Below, in pieces: positions 1-13,830 of a stretch of DNA of 64,000 nt; the stretch's first letter is position 1, and every line of letters starts with the position of its first letter. The notes under the pieces were generated by a model, which ran no database searches, was not told where the DNA came from, and worked only from the letters and a program-made list of their open reading frames with translations. A program made the position numbers and the translations under genes. This stretch comes from Octopus bimaculoides (Eukaryota): positions 118,488,680-118,552,679 of the forward strand of contig NC_068984.1 of assembly GCF_001194135.2 (NCBI RefSeq), read 5' to 3'.

Positions 1-414
1 GTACATTTTCATTTTTATCTCTGTTTTCTCCACTTAATTTTCTATATCATCATTACCATTGCTTTAGTGTCCACTTATCCATGCTTGCATGAGTTGGATG
101 GAACTTTTTGAGGCAGATTTTCTATGGCTGGATGCCCTTCCTGTCACCAACCCTCATCTGTTTCCAGATAAAGTAATATTTCCCTAAGGCCAGACATGTT
201 TTTATAGAAGATTGCAAAGAAAGCACACTTGCATGACAGTGACACTTGTTTATAACTATCACACAATTTCAAGGCAAGGAGACAGTAAAAAAAAAACATT
301 ATGTATATATATATATAGATACATATATAGATAGATAGATAGATAAATATATATATATATATATATATAGATACATATATAGATAGATAGATAGATAAAT
401 ATATATATATATAT

Positions 415-780
415 CTTTTACTTGTTTCAGTCATTAGGGGCACTGCTTGAAGAATTTTGAGTTGAACTAATCAACCCCAGTACTTTTTTTTTTAAGCTTA
501 GTACTTATTCTGTCTGTCTCTTTTGCTGAACTATTTACTTATGGGGATGTAAACACACCAACACTGGTTGTCAAGTGGTGGTGGGGACAAACACAAAAAC
601 ACACACACAAACACTTATGATGGACTTCTTTCAGTTTCTGTCTACAAAATTCACTCATACGGTTTTGGTCAGCCTGAGGCTATAGTAAATGCTACTTGCC
701 CAAGGTGCCACACAGTGGGACTGTACCCTGAACCATTTGGTTGGGAAGCTTCTTACCAAATTGTCACACCTGTTCCTATA
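415..780 (-). mobile_element. SINE-A diverged copy
   Basis: Matches the SINE-A tail, body and head. Boundaries approximate. Confidence 0.8.
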
Positions 781-3700
781 AGTCACATCTGGATATCTGT
801 TACTGTCTATCTGTCTGTCTATCTAGCTGCTTTCAATGCATTAGCACATACATGATGGGTTTCTTTCAGTTTCCTTTGACAGATCCACTCACAAGGCTTT
901 GGTCAACCTTAGGTATAGTAGAAGCCACTTACCCAAGGTGCTGGGAAGCACACTCTTTACCACAAGGCCATATCTGTGGCCATTGAATGCCATATTGAAT
1001 TACTGATTTTCAGCACTGATGCTGTTCTGTAGAATATGTTCAGTGCTCAACAGTGTTTAAAATCTGATAAAGGTGGTGTTACATGTGGGCCAAAGAACTT
1101 TTCTTTTAAATTGTTGTGCAAGAAGGTGACAAGCATAATAGTATTGTCTAGAATTTGAGCTTTTGTTGTTGAAAACTAAGTTCATGAAACTTTCTCCAAT
1201 GTGACATTCTTGGATTGTTTCATGAGTTACCTTTGTCTGTATAGCACCATGTATAGCCAAGAATTTGCTATCTTTTGCACTGGGTAAACCTGGAATGAAT
1301 GCAGACAGTCTTTCTGCTGGTTCTTATCTGGAGTCCTGTATAAGCTTTGAATTTCAGTGTATGACTAAGAATGGTGGAGCATCACAGCTATCATTAATAT
1401 TTCAGCTTTCCTTTCTCTTTCTTTTGTAATGCTTTTGAAAAACTTTAAAGATTTTCTCCCAAAGTTAATGCATTGAAAGCAGCTAAAGACATCTGCTCTA
1501 CTAATGAAAAAAAATGAAATATTTAGGTGATCACATCAAGATGACAAAGTGATTGTATTATTTTTTGTTTTTTAGCATTTTAGGTACCATGTAGCCTTGT
1601 CTAAATTCATTTTCTCTACCACATACTTTTGATGTGAAAAAAGAAATGGGAAAGGAGAGGGGATCTTCTTAAAGAACCATAAATCAGATGAACTGTAGAT
1701 TTTTTTTTTTTTGTTTAAATAAAGTGGCTTTATTAGACTCTCCCTAGAAAATTAGAAATAAGCTGATTGATAACAATTTAGAATTTATTTTCCACATTTA
1801 ATCTGTTGCTACAGAATTGTCATTTCTGTGAATCTAATATGAATTTAGGTGTGGGATTTGAAAATTAAAGAAGATGAAGCCAAGAATATATAAAAATAGG
1901 CTTGGTTATTCAGTGTAAGTGAAATGAATAAGTAAATACTTAAAACTAGATTATTAAGCATCATTAAGATTGATAGATTTCTGTTTTCATTTCTCAACAG
2001 CATTATTTAGTTAACTTATGAAGGTTGCATCATAGAAAATAAGACATTTTTATTGAAAGACATACACATAAAAAAGTAATTTCAAATTGACAACTCAATT
2101 TGAAAAATGAAAAATATGCTATTTTCAAGTTTACAGAAAAAATTTTTAGGTAAGTTACATTTCTCTAGATCAGGGTCTGCCATCTTTTTTCACTTGTAGT
2201 ACACTTATGTTCTTTTCAAAATCCAGCATCACACCTGAACTAAAAAATATAACTAAAAGTATAGGGAAAAAAAATTATATTCAGGATACACAGCGGTACA
2301 CCTAGCATAGTCTCATGGCACACCAGTGTGCCATGACATACCAGATGAGGGGCAATGTTCTTGATTGTGGTGATATTGCTGAAGAATTAACTGGAGCTGA
2401 TACTGTGTTAATTTAATGATTCAACTCTTTAACATTCATACTGGCCATATCTGGCCCTGAATATTCTGTTTTAGGTTCAAACTGGCCAGATCCAGCCTTT
2501 CACATCTATTCTACAATATTGTTATAGAAATAAATAAACACTCACAACATCAATATCTCAAAGCTATAAGATAATGCACGATCATAATTAATCCAAGACA
2601 ATATGAAAGAATAAGCATTACATTTGACAGTAATCTCAGTGCTAAAGTATTAATCCTTTTGTTACTGACTTGGCTGAAACCAGCTCTGGTTCTGTTGTAC
2701 AAATGTCTTGTTTTCAAAAGTTCTGAATTAAAATCTTCGACCAAACCTTAGTCACAATTTATGTTCCTAACATCAGCTTAATTCTAACTAAGTTATTTTA
2801 ACTAAATTCTTTGTTATATTTAAAATAATTGAAAGAAACACAGAGCATCTCTAAATACAGTAACGAAATGGTTAAGCCAGTGTACCTAATGATGCAGTGT
2901 TCTCAGTATTGTTTTGTGGTTGTGAGACAAGACAGTATTTATGTATGCTGGAAATACCGAGTGAGCAATATTGAAGTCAGCCATTTTGTCATTGGAAAGA
3001 GAACAATTATGCTGATTGGATTATGAACTCCATATTATTATTGGCCTGATTACCCTGAGGTACCTATTGCAAATTCAGTTTCTGGTTTGACAGAAATAAC
3101 CATCTGGATGGTCAAGCCAATGACTGTTAAATTTCATCATCTGTGACCTCATGCTGCTTCTTGTAGTATGTTTTTATAGCCGTTTGTATTGTTGCTTTCA
3201 TTTTCTCTTTCATTCTCATGCTTCTTTCTCTTTCATGTTTTGAAATAATGCGATGGTAACTTCATACGGAAAGGAAAATTGTTTAATCAACAATACACTA
3301 TCAAATGCTTTTATTTATATATGCTTTTGTAAAATGTCCTGTTCAACATACAAATCAATCCAAGTCAGAATTATTAGTATATGCACTTTTGAAAAATGGA
3401 ATTTTAAAAATTCTATTGTGTGCAAACTGCATTGTTTTTACAACATTCCAGAGAAGAATCTTTCCTTTCTTTTTTAATGAAAACTGAGAGGCTTTCTAAT
3501 GCTTGTAAATTAGTAGGGAATGTTCTACTGGAAAAGAGTCTAGTTTTTTTAATATTATTTCATGGTTAAAATGTTTTAGGATTAAAATAGTTATTCTTGA
3601 AAGAACAGTCTATTTGATGATCTTTTAGTAATACTGCCCAAGATTAAATTATTGGAGCAATGTTGAAAGTAAATAGTATTTAGGAATTAGTATTGATTTT

Positions 3701-4339
3701 TGGAAGTTTTTATATATATAAAAAGTGATGTTGTTTTTACAATATTATCTTATTTACGTAAAACATAGTTATTTACAGGTGGAGCGAAAAACCTATAATT
3801 TTCGGAAATGGAAAAAACTTAAAAGAAAACTTTAAAAGGGTGATAATTTTGAATTGTCTGCGAATTTTTTTTTCATGAAGTACTAAGATGTATGAAGCAT
3901 TCAGAAACATTTTCTTTCCTTTGACGTGTTATTGACTATAAAAGAGTCATTTCTCTTTTGAACTTGCCAAACACACTTGGTGCTTTTTATTCTCTCCTCG
4001 TTAGCAGTAACATTTTACTTTTCAAGCAATATACTGAACATTTGTCATGATTCTTCAAACTCAGAAATACGTCTATCTGTTTTATATGCTTCTGTAACAA
4101 GTAAAGCTATAAATTTATCATTAAACTGCACCGCCTTCACTTTGTCATTTTGATCTTCCAGTTAGTGATTTTAAAATATCTATGGTTATTGACCTCACTT
4201 GTCAAATTAACCTTCAACACTTAAAAATACTTTATTAACTACTTTAACTTCACTCTTCACTGTCATATTCTGACCTTTCCACTTGAAGATAGTATGTTAG
4301 TTTATGAGCACAGCTCTTTCCCTCATATTGTGCATATAT

Positions 4340-4735
4340 TCTTTTACTCTTTTACTTGTTTCAGTCATTTGACTGTGGTCATGCTGGAGCACCACCTTTA
4401 GTCGAGCAAATCGAGCCCAGGACTTATTCTTTGTAAGCCTAATACTTATTCTATCGGTCTATTTTGCCGAACCGCTAAGTTACGGGGATGTAAGCACACC
4501 AGCATCGGTTGTCAAGCGATATTGGGGGGACAAATACAGACACAAACACACACACATATATATACATATATATTCAACAGGCTTCTTTCAGTTTTTGTCT
4601 ACCAAATCCACTCACAAGGCTTTGGTCGGCCCAAGGCTATAGTAGAAGACACTTGCCCAAGGTACCACACAGTGGGACTGAACTCAGAGCCATGTGGTTG
4701 GTAAGCAAGCTACTTACCACACAGCCACTCCTACA

Positions 4736-4738
<3 letters not shown>
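4340..4738 (-). mobile_element. SINE-A full-length copy
   Basis: Same head, body and GTAAAAGAGTAAAAG tail as the 55341 copy. Confidence 0.88.
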
Positions 4739-4775
<37 letters not shown>

Positions 4776-5171
4776 TTATATGTATATCTTGTTTCAGTCA
4801 CTAGACTGTGGTCATGCTGAGGCTTGGCTTCGAAGAATTTCTTTTAGTTGAATGTAGCAATGCCAGTACTAATTATTTTTTTAAAGTCTGGCACTTATTC
4901 TATTGTTATCTTTTTTTTGAACTGCTAAGTTACAGGGATGTAAACCCACTGACACCAGTTGTCAAGTAGTGGTGGAGGGGAGAAATACAGACACAAGGAC
5001 AAACAAACACACACACATGTCGTTGAATGCTCAAAATGAGGAGTAGATAGATGGCCAACAACTGATGAAGGGTCCTTTCTCTGTGTTTACTTGTCCTGTT
5101 TTCCATTTTTTCTCTCATTGTTTATGCATTTCATGTTGTTTGTACAGTTGGTGACGTCCTGTACCCATATA

Positions 5172-5223
<52 letters not shown>

Positions 5224-6509
5224 TATTATTTATATATATACGACAGGCTTCTTTCAGTTACCACCTACGAAACCCACAGAATCATATGGTTGGGAAGCAA
5301 GCTTCTTACCACACACTAACACACACACTAACACACACACACACATGCACAAATCATTGTTTTATGTCCCATGCTGGCAGTATGTTTACTTTTAGAAACA
5401 GGAGAAAGAGTATCATCATCTTCATTATCATCATTTAACGTCTGTTTTCCATGTTGGTATGGGTTGGACAGTTTGAGAGGAGCTGACCAGCTGAAGGGAT
5501 GTTCAGGCTCCATGTTTGTTGTGGCATGGTTTCTATGGCTCGGTGCCCTTCTTAATTCCAACCACTTTACAGAGTGTACTGGATGCTTTTATGCATCACC
5601 AGTAGGGGTGCTTTTTTACATGGCACCAGTACTTACAAGCCCACAAGATTAGGGATGCTCAGCTGGAGAGAGTTGCAAGGGACGAGGCTCTATGCAAGGG
5701 CAACTGCGCTTAAGCATACAAAGTAGTAAGGATCACTATAAAAATGCTCATCTGTTTTTACTGCTATTTTTCCATGCTATCATGGGTTAGACATGTATTA
5801 TTGAGGCATTCTTTTACAGGCAAATAGCCTTCTTGTTGCTCTCTCCAAACTGTTTCCCAAATGTCACACACCTTCAAAGGTGGAAAGCCAAATTTATTGA
5901 CAGGAAATGACAAGTGTTATCACTTGTAAGGTTGCAACATTTGAAGAGTATGTAAACAAACAAACGTATGTGTGCACACATATACAATGATGGGCTTCTT
6001 TCAATTTCCGTCTACCAAAGCTATTCACAAGGCTATGGTCTGTCTGAAGCTGTAGTAGAAGATATGTGCTGTAAGTATCATGCAGTGGGATGAATCCAAA
6101 ATTGGTATATGGGAAAATGTTTCTTTGGTGCAAAAAAGATTGAGCAATATTTTAAGTGACATTGAAATTAAATGTTCTGTTATACATTTTGATTTTCCTT
6201 TTCCTGTTTTTGTTAATGACTGTATTGTTCTGTCTTAGTAAGCTATATATTTTTTTTTCTTCAAACCTGTCCCAGAGATATTCCGTTTAATATCTATACA
6301 TATAAACTATGTTTCTGATACTTAGTATTTTTCTTGTGAAATATGACATATGTAATACGAATTTAAGATTTTTCTAATTTTGTTATAGCTGAATTGTAAT
6401 GTAAAAGTTTTTTTGTTTTTTTTGCAATGCACCAAAACCACCACTGTGTTGTAATGAATGTAAACAAATACCTTTCTCTTCTCCAATGACAGAAAGAAAT
6501 AGTTCAACC

Positions 6510-6659
6510 TGACTGGTTTCAAGTCTCATTTGATTTTCATCAGGGAATTTCATGTGATCTACCCACAGAGCTTATAGCTACGTTTGACTAGTTTCAACTC
6601 TCATTTGATTTTCATCAGGGAATACCATATGATCTACCCACTGAACTTGTAACTACATT
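6510..6659 (-). repeat. Diverged 2 x 75-bp tandem repeat, each unit carrying a hammerhead-like core on the minus strand
   Basis: Units start at 6510 and 6585. Minus strand reads CTGATGA-AAATC(AAATGA)GASTT-GAAA-CYAG-TC in both. Helix I does not pair. Confidence 0.6.
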
Positions 6660-8594
6660 AAGTCATTAAATATATTAATTTTGCTCAATCAGTTCTTGCA
6701 TAAATTTTGCTTTATCTGGAAGCCATTCAAATTAACGTATGCAATAAACAGCATTCATTCTGTTGTGTAGATACAAGGTAAACATTTTGGCAATGGATAT
6801 CTCACTGTGTTATAACAAATGTAAACAAATGTCTTTTTTTCTTCTTTCATGGGTAGAAAAAGGTTCTACCTGATCAGTTTCAAACCTTATTTGATTCTCT
6901 TAAGGCATAGTCTGCTCACAAAAAGAAATATAGCTAATAGCTTTATACAAAGTATTATCAGAAAGTTTCCTTATTGTACTTGGTGTGATCATTCTCTTTC
7001 ATAGAAATAGAAATATATTATCTTGATATCTGTTTTGAACCTTGTGAGAAGGCTAACAATGCACATATCAAGACACTGCTACTTTTGATTGCATGTCAAG
7101 TGCTGAAAGACAAACATCACAGCAACATAATGCATGTCTAGGTTTTCTGTGAAAAATCTATTGGCAGAGTCCACAACCAATTTCAATTATGTTCAATGAC
7201 AATCCTCATGTATAAGTTCACTAAATTTCCCCTCATTTACTGTGGTTTTGCTTGCAACTGGTTGCTCTCAATGCTTATCATCTTGAATTGAAGCTCAGCT
7301 GACTTTGAAATGCATGGGCCACTGAAAAACCTGTATCAAACCTAAAGAATATTCACAAAAAACTCTGAGAAGCTTCAAGGGTCTCAGTAACAGGTTTGCC
7401 AAATTTCACACAAAATTTGATGTGGAATGTTGCTTGAATTCATTAGCCTTAATGAAAACCACAATGCTATTCTAACACAATGTTACAAAACCTTGTGTAA
7501 TAACTGAATATGCGTAAACAGCATGAAGCCTATTTGCAGATTGACTCAGTAGGCATTCAGTTTTCATTGAGTTGTACACTCACAGCATATGCTGTCCAGA
7601 AACTTTCTGATAACATTCTAAATGTTATGAGTTTGCTCAGTTGATTAGTCTACTTGGGATAAATCAATATTCTATGTATATTATTGTAATAAAGATAAGT
7701 AAAATGTTATAATAGGCTCAGGCGTGGCGTGTGGTAAGAAGCTTGCTTCCCAACCACATGGTTTCTGGTTCAGTTCCACTGCGTGGTGTCTTGGGCACTG
7801 ATGATGGTGCCACATAAAATGCATCCAGTACACTCTGTAGAGTTGTTGGTGTAAGGAAGGGCGTCCAGCTGTAGAAATGAAGTCAAAACAGTTAAAGGAA
7901 CCTGGTGCAGTCCCTGGCCTTGCTGGTAATTGTCAAGCCATCCAACCTATGCTAGCATGGAAAACATGTTAAATGTTGATGATTATGATGAAGAGAAAAG
8001 GGTTTCTCCCAGAACCTTCTTGTATCCTCTGAGGCTAGTGAGATTGATGCAATTGCTGTCCATTTCCACTATCTTAAAGTTGTCCACTACATGAAAAAAG
8101 GCATGGGCAGGAAATGAATTCTACAATGTTAACAGTTAATGATCAAGGTTTTATTTTTTTTGTGCGGCGCCTGTGTGTTAGATGGTGTGTAAAACGAATG
8201 GCTGAGAATACACAATTCCATCCAGAGAATTGTTTGGTAGCTAAGGTGAAAAAACAAAAACAAAACAAAACAAAAAAAAACAACAACCAAAAACAAAAAC
8301 ATCTCATACACAGAAAGTACAATTAATTTCCATCAAACTTGTAACACAAAAGCAGCCAATAAGAACCCTGTCATCCACAGATTTAGTGTCAAACGTACAA
8401 TAGCCTAGTCTTTTCCTGTTTCTCTCTCTCTCTCTCTGTCATTTTCATTAATTTTTTATTTGATTCTGTTTATCTTTTTACTTGGTTTATTCAAAGTTAG
8501 TTTATTAATACATGTTACCAACTAATTGACTCTTTACTGGCCTATGTTAGGAGTTCTTGGTTTCGTTTTACTACATCACATTTATTAATATATG

Positions 8595-8952
8595 GGCATG
8601 GCTGTGTAGTTTAAATGTTTGCTTCACAACCATATGATTCCAAGTTCAGTCCTACTTGTGGCACCTTGGGCAAGCGTCTTCTATTATAATCTTGGACCAA
8701 TCAAAACTTTGTGGGTGGATTTGGTGAATGAAAACTGAAAGAAGCCTGTGTGTATGTGTGTGTGTGTCTCCTTGTCTTGATATTGTGTGATAGTTGTAAA
8801 TGACAAGGAGTGTCATTCATTTCCAATATCCTATTCTTTGGAATAAGTGAGGGTTGGTGACGAGATGGGCATCCAGCCATAGAAAATATGCCTCAAATAA
8901 ACTCGGACCAATCTATGCAAGCATGAAATAGTGGACGTTAAATGATGATGAT
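8595..8952 (+). mobile_element. SINE-A variant with alternative (GAT)n-ending tail
   Basis: SINE-A head and body, then GTCTCCTTGTCTTG...GGGCATCCAGCCATAGAAAA...GGACGTTAAATGATGATGAT. Confidence 0.8.
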
Positions 8953-9254
8953 AAAACTGGTAAAAACAAGAAGTTCAACTTCAATGACATGGTAATTGTT
9001 TGACAGAATCAGTAGTGCATCAGGCAAAATACCTTGTGGTATTTGGTTACATCCTTTTACATTAAGTTCAGACCCCACCCAGAATTTTTAATTTTCTTCA
9101 AGGCTGATAAAATTAGTACCAGAAGTCAATGTAATTGATTATACCTTAGAAGTTGGTGCTCTAGCATGGCCACAGTCCAATGACTAAAAGTAGTAAAAGA
9201 AGAAAAGTTTAATGCTAGTATTTACTTTCTATATAAGTTGATTATCATCAATGT

Positions 9255-9394
9255 TTGGCTGTTTGGTTAAGCTTGCTTCCAACTACATGGTTCTGAGTTC
9301 AGTTCCACTGCATGGCACCTTGGGCAAGTGTGTTCTACTACAGTGTCAAAGTAACCAAAGCCTTGTGGGTAGATTTTGTAGATGGAAACTGAAA

Positions 9395-9428
<34 letters not shown>

Positions 9429-9675
9429 TTGTATGTGTGTGTGTGTGTGTGAATTTGTATGTAACCTTATCTTGACAGCATGTAATGGTTGTGAACAAGC
9501 ATTACCATCATACAAGCCATGTTGTTTGCTTCCGTTCATGGAGAAATATTACCTTGCTCAGAAACGAGAGGGTTGGCGGTGACTAGAAGGGCATCTGGCC
9601 ATAGAAGATCTACCTCAGCGAATTTCATCTGACACATGGAAATGTCGAAAAGTGGAAATTAAAATGTTGATGATG
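9255..9675 (+). mobile_element. SINE-A variant with (GAT)n tail
   Basis: Same architecture as the 8595 copy. Boundaries approximate. Confidence 0.75.
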
Positions 9676-12600
9676 CTTTTATTGACATATGTTTTTTCTT
9701 TTGTGATTATTTGGCTGTTGAATGTTCAGTTTGATTTTAACGATTGCTTTCTAGAATGAAACGACTACACTTACCAAGTTAAACTACCATTATACCTTTC
9801 CATACCAATCCACCTGGGGCTACCCGTGATTCCATTGTACAAATTTCCTGTTTTAAAGTCATCAAAATTAAAACCTGCCATCAAAATTTTTTATGTTAAT
9901 ATATGTTCAAGACTTCAGCTTAACAAGAACAAAGTTGTTTTGATAAATTATTTTCAAAATTAACTGCAACAAACAGTGTGTTTCAACAAAACTATCGTAA
10001 CAAAAGGGTTAAAGACGCTGTTATACTATTAGTCAGACAAGTACATCCTGTTTCTTTTCTTTTTTTTTTTTTATTTTGTGAAGCTTATTTGAGTGTCAGT
10101 TATCTCTCTCATTTCCTTCATGAGCTATCATCATCTCTTTTTGTAAGAAGTAACTGTTCTTGGATTAACAAAATGGAATGATGAACTTCATATTATGTAG
10201 GCTGTGCAACCAATTGGTATGCCAGAAAATATTGCTGAATTTAGAAGCTAGGTCATCAGTAAAACCAAAACAGTGTTTCTCCAATTTGCGAACAATTTGG
10301 TGGAATGTTGCAATAATTCACTAGAAATAGAAAATAAGTTCTATTGTCTAGATGACCTAAAAAAGCACTGAAGTATAATTTAGGAGTCCAACTTTTGTTG
10401 TCCATAAAAATGATTATTTCTCTCCTAACATCTGTACATCTTGGTCTGCAATATAGCATCTTTCCAACTTATTCTTATTCTTTACAAATGCCTTTGTCCA
10501 ATCAATTTAATTGTAAAACAATCTCCAAAGACAAAGTACTTTTCATTGGCTTCCTTTTACTTCAACAGCCATTAACAACTTCAGCTACCATTAGCAACAT
10601 TTGGTCATACAAGTATAATCCATTCTCATCATACCAGAATTGAAATTTGGACCTACATTGATATGGTTTCTACACCACTGGATGTTTTATTTTGGATAGT
10701 GAATGGTGTAAGAGAATGTACACACTCCTGACTGCATTGAAGCTGAATGAGAGCCAACCTGGTAGAAATAGTGACCCCTACTTCCTCTTCTCTGTTGTCA
10801 AACCTGTATATTTTTGTGAGGAATTAATAACCCTTAAATAATTTCATTCTTAGTTCATGCTGCCATTCAATTACTGCATTCCATGTCATTGTTGGATCTC
10901 TTTTACTTCAGCTATTTATCAATAACATTCATCACTCAAGCATCATCCATTTTAATCATATGTCATAATGCCTCAGTCATTCTACGCTTGGGACACTCGG
11001 TATCTTTCTTGTTCTATCCTCACTAATTCTATCTTTCATATTTATCAACTAACTTTCAACAAATCATGCCAAATTAATTTCTCTGTTGTTGCTAGAAGAT
11101 AGTTTAAACTTAACTGTTATACAACATTACTCTTCAGATATAGCTCATCATGTAGCCTAACTTATATAAATTGATCAACCTATGTCAGCACAAGAAAAGA
11201 GGACATAAAAACAACATGAATGATGATGATATGTTGAGAGTATTCTCATTAAAGTTTGTATACCTATTGCATATTATGGAAGCCTCCTCATGCTCACCAA
11301 GTCAATGAGGGAAAATGAGGGCTATATAGCCTTGTTAATCTTTTTGGAAATAGCAGTCATGTATCCTTACCTGAAAGAATACAGAATTTGTCACAGATTG
11401 AAAGCTTTTGATCATAGTCCTACTCAATCAGAGCTTATCCCTGGCTAAATAACAACCACAGTATCTATTTGTCTTGCTACAGCCTATGCAATATTCTGTT
11501 GTTGTCAGTGTTGCAAATGGATCCTTTAATAAAAATTTCTCACCTAATATATTAATCTAGACATTATTTCTGGCACCACCATATGCAATTGTAATATCTT
11601 AAATGAGGCACTCACCCAAAGCAAGTTTTATAATTAGTCATATAATCACTGCATGTTGATTAAATTAATTATGTTCTATTTTGATTAGGTCAACAAACTA
11701 TCAATATACTCAGCTATTTTTAGGCAATTAATTTCCATGAAATTATCTTACCAGCAATATGGCATCTATGGTTCCCTCTTTGCATTGCTTAAAATTCAAA
11801 CTATGCTGTGAATATCTTCAAAGGCCAATGATTATAATCCATTTCCAGAGGGAAACTTTGTTAAATAAATTCTTGCTTTCTCCCCCACCCCCCTCTCTCT
11901 CTCTCACATGTGCACACTGTATTACAATGTTGGAGTTGTATAGGTCGAACAACTGAAGGATTCTAATTTTGACCAAATTAGGTCTTTAACTTTGGTGTAG
12001 TCAAAACTATAAACAATCTCAGAAAATTTATATGCCAGTCAGTATTTGTAATAAATCTTCTTGTAGACGGCATTATGATTAATGTTTGAGAGCAATTATT
12101 TAATCCACTATAGAACATACAAATTAATTCTATATAAGAACATATATTTAGCTTTGCTGTATGCTAATTAAGGAATCATAATCTCTGGGGATATTATACA
12201 AATCTGACTATTGAAGGCTCATAGTTATTCCTTTTTTTTTTTTTTTACGTACTTAAATGTCATTTAGTTTCCATATAGTTTCTGCATCACTGGATGTCTT
12301 ATTCTGGATGTTGACTGGTGTATACACAGTGTGCTACAACAGACATACTTTTGACTCCACTGAAGCTGAATGAGACCTAACTAGGTTGAAATAGACATCG
12401 TTCATTTGTCAGATCTGTATGTTCTTTCAAGGGGCTATAATGCCAATATTATTTTAGCACAAAGCTAAATATATTCCTGTTAGCATTTTTACCCTGTTAC
12501 TTGAGAATCCTGCCATTTTCTCAATATTGTTCTTCTACTTTTGACTTCTGATCTCACTAATATGATTGGCCCTTAAGTTAAATTAAAGTTATTGTCTCTT

Positions 12601-12767
12601 TATAGTTGTTTGTGCAGTTTTATATTTCAGCACTTACACACTTATTGCATCTATATAATTAATGATAGACATTCCAGATGATTGATATTCATTGATAGTC
12701 TATATTGCTTTCACAAAATCTTACCTCATTAGGAAATGCTTCAAACTTTCTTTTTCTTCTTACATCC

Positions 12768-12799
<32 letters not shown>

Positions 12800-12867
12800 A
12801 TATATGTATGTATGTATAGAGAGAGAGAGAGTCCCTCTTAGCGTAAGGCATTCATGTATAGTAATGC

Positions 12868-12912
<45 letters not shown>

Positions 12913-13179
12913 CACACACACACACACATGTACTTAGTTTCTATTCTCTGGTATATCTCCCACATTTTGTTCCCTTTTTTGAACATAGAACTTGTTCATT
13001 TTTGGCATGCTACACCTTGTCTGGGGAGACTTCAACTTTATGTGCATGTCTGAAAATTCATTTTTTCTTTTTCTTTTCTCTTTGCAAATGTTATAAATAA
13101 GCACAAATGATGTTACATGCAAAAAAAAGTTGTATTTTTTTGTTTATCCTTTTCCTTGTTTCACTTATTGGACTGCAGT

Positions 13180-13392
13180 CTTGTTGGGGCACCATTTTGA
13201 AGGGTTTAGTTAAACAAATTGACCTTAGTACATATTATTATTATCATCATTATTATTATTATTAGTTTTTTTTTTTTGAGGCTTGGTACATATTCTATCC
13301 ATGTTTTTTGATGAATTGCTAAGTTAAAGGGATGTAAACAAGCACCAGATATCAAATGGTGGTGGAGATCANNNNNNNNNNNNNNNNNNNNN

Positions 13393-13442
<50 letters not shown>

Positions 13443-13830
13443 CTCTCACACACACATGCATATGATGGGCTTGTTTCAGTTTCCATCTATCAAATCTACT
13501 CACAAGGCTTTGGTTGGTCTAAGACTATAGTAGAAGATTCGCCATGATAGATCGCTGACCACTACACACATCTTTTTCCTCTCCTTGTTTCTTTCTGTGT
13601 TCCTTTCTGTTGAAGAGCGTAGGCTCAAAACGTTAAAGACTTTCTCTATTCCCGAGTGTATACCAATACATCCATTTGTTGTCTACACCACCTGTCTTCA
13701 TCTGTTGTTTTTTCATGAATTCTCCCTATAGTAGAAGATACTTGTTCAGGGTGTCATGCAGTAGGATTGATCCCCATGACAACATGGCTGGGAAGCAAGC
13801 TTCTTAACCACACAGTCACACCTGTGCCTT
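13180..13830 (-). mobile_element. SINE-A copy split by an N gap and the 187-bp hammerhead insert
   Basis: SINE-A body is continuous on both sides of 13539-13725. Confidence 0.8.
13539..13725 (+). mobile_element. 187-bp Penelope-like non-autonomous insert with a decayed hammerhead, inserted into a SINE-A copy
   Basis: Flanked by the 14-bp duplication CTATAGTAGAAGAT (13525-13538 and 13726-13739), which splits the SINE-A body. Contains CTTT-CTGTTGA-A-GAGC(GTAG)GCTC-AAAA-CG-TT-AAAG at 13603-13638. Confidence 0.75.

Noticed and set aside
5010-5170. Penelope-tail-like repeat containing CTGATGAAGGG
   Set aside because: No downstream GAAA or helix III, so not called a ribozyme.
6544-6665. Plus-strand micro-exon pair (GISCDLPTELIAT / GIPYDLPTELVTT)
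   Set aside because: Weak donors, in-frame stops and no arrestin similarity. The apparently synonymous changes are ordinary transitions.
10230-11500. Possible LINE remnant
   Set aside because: No diagnostic motif could be read with confidence.
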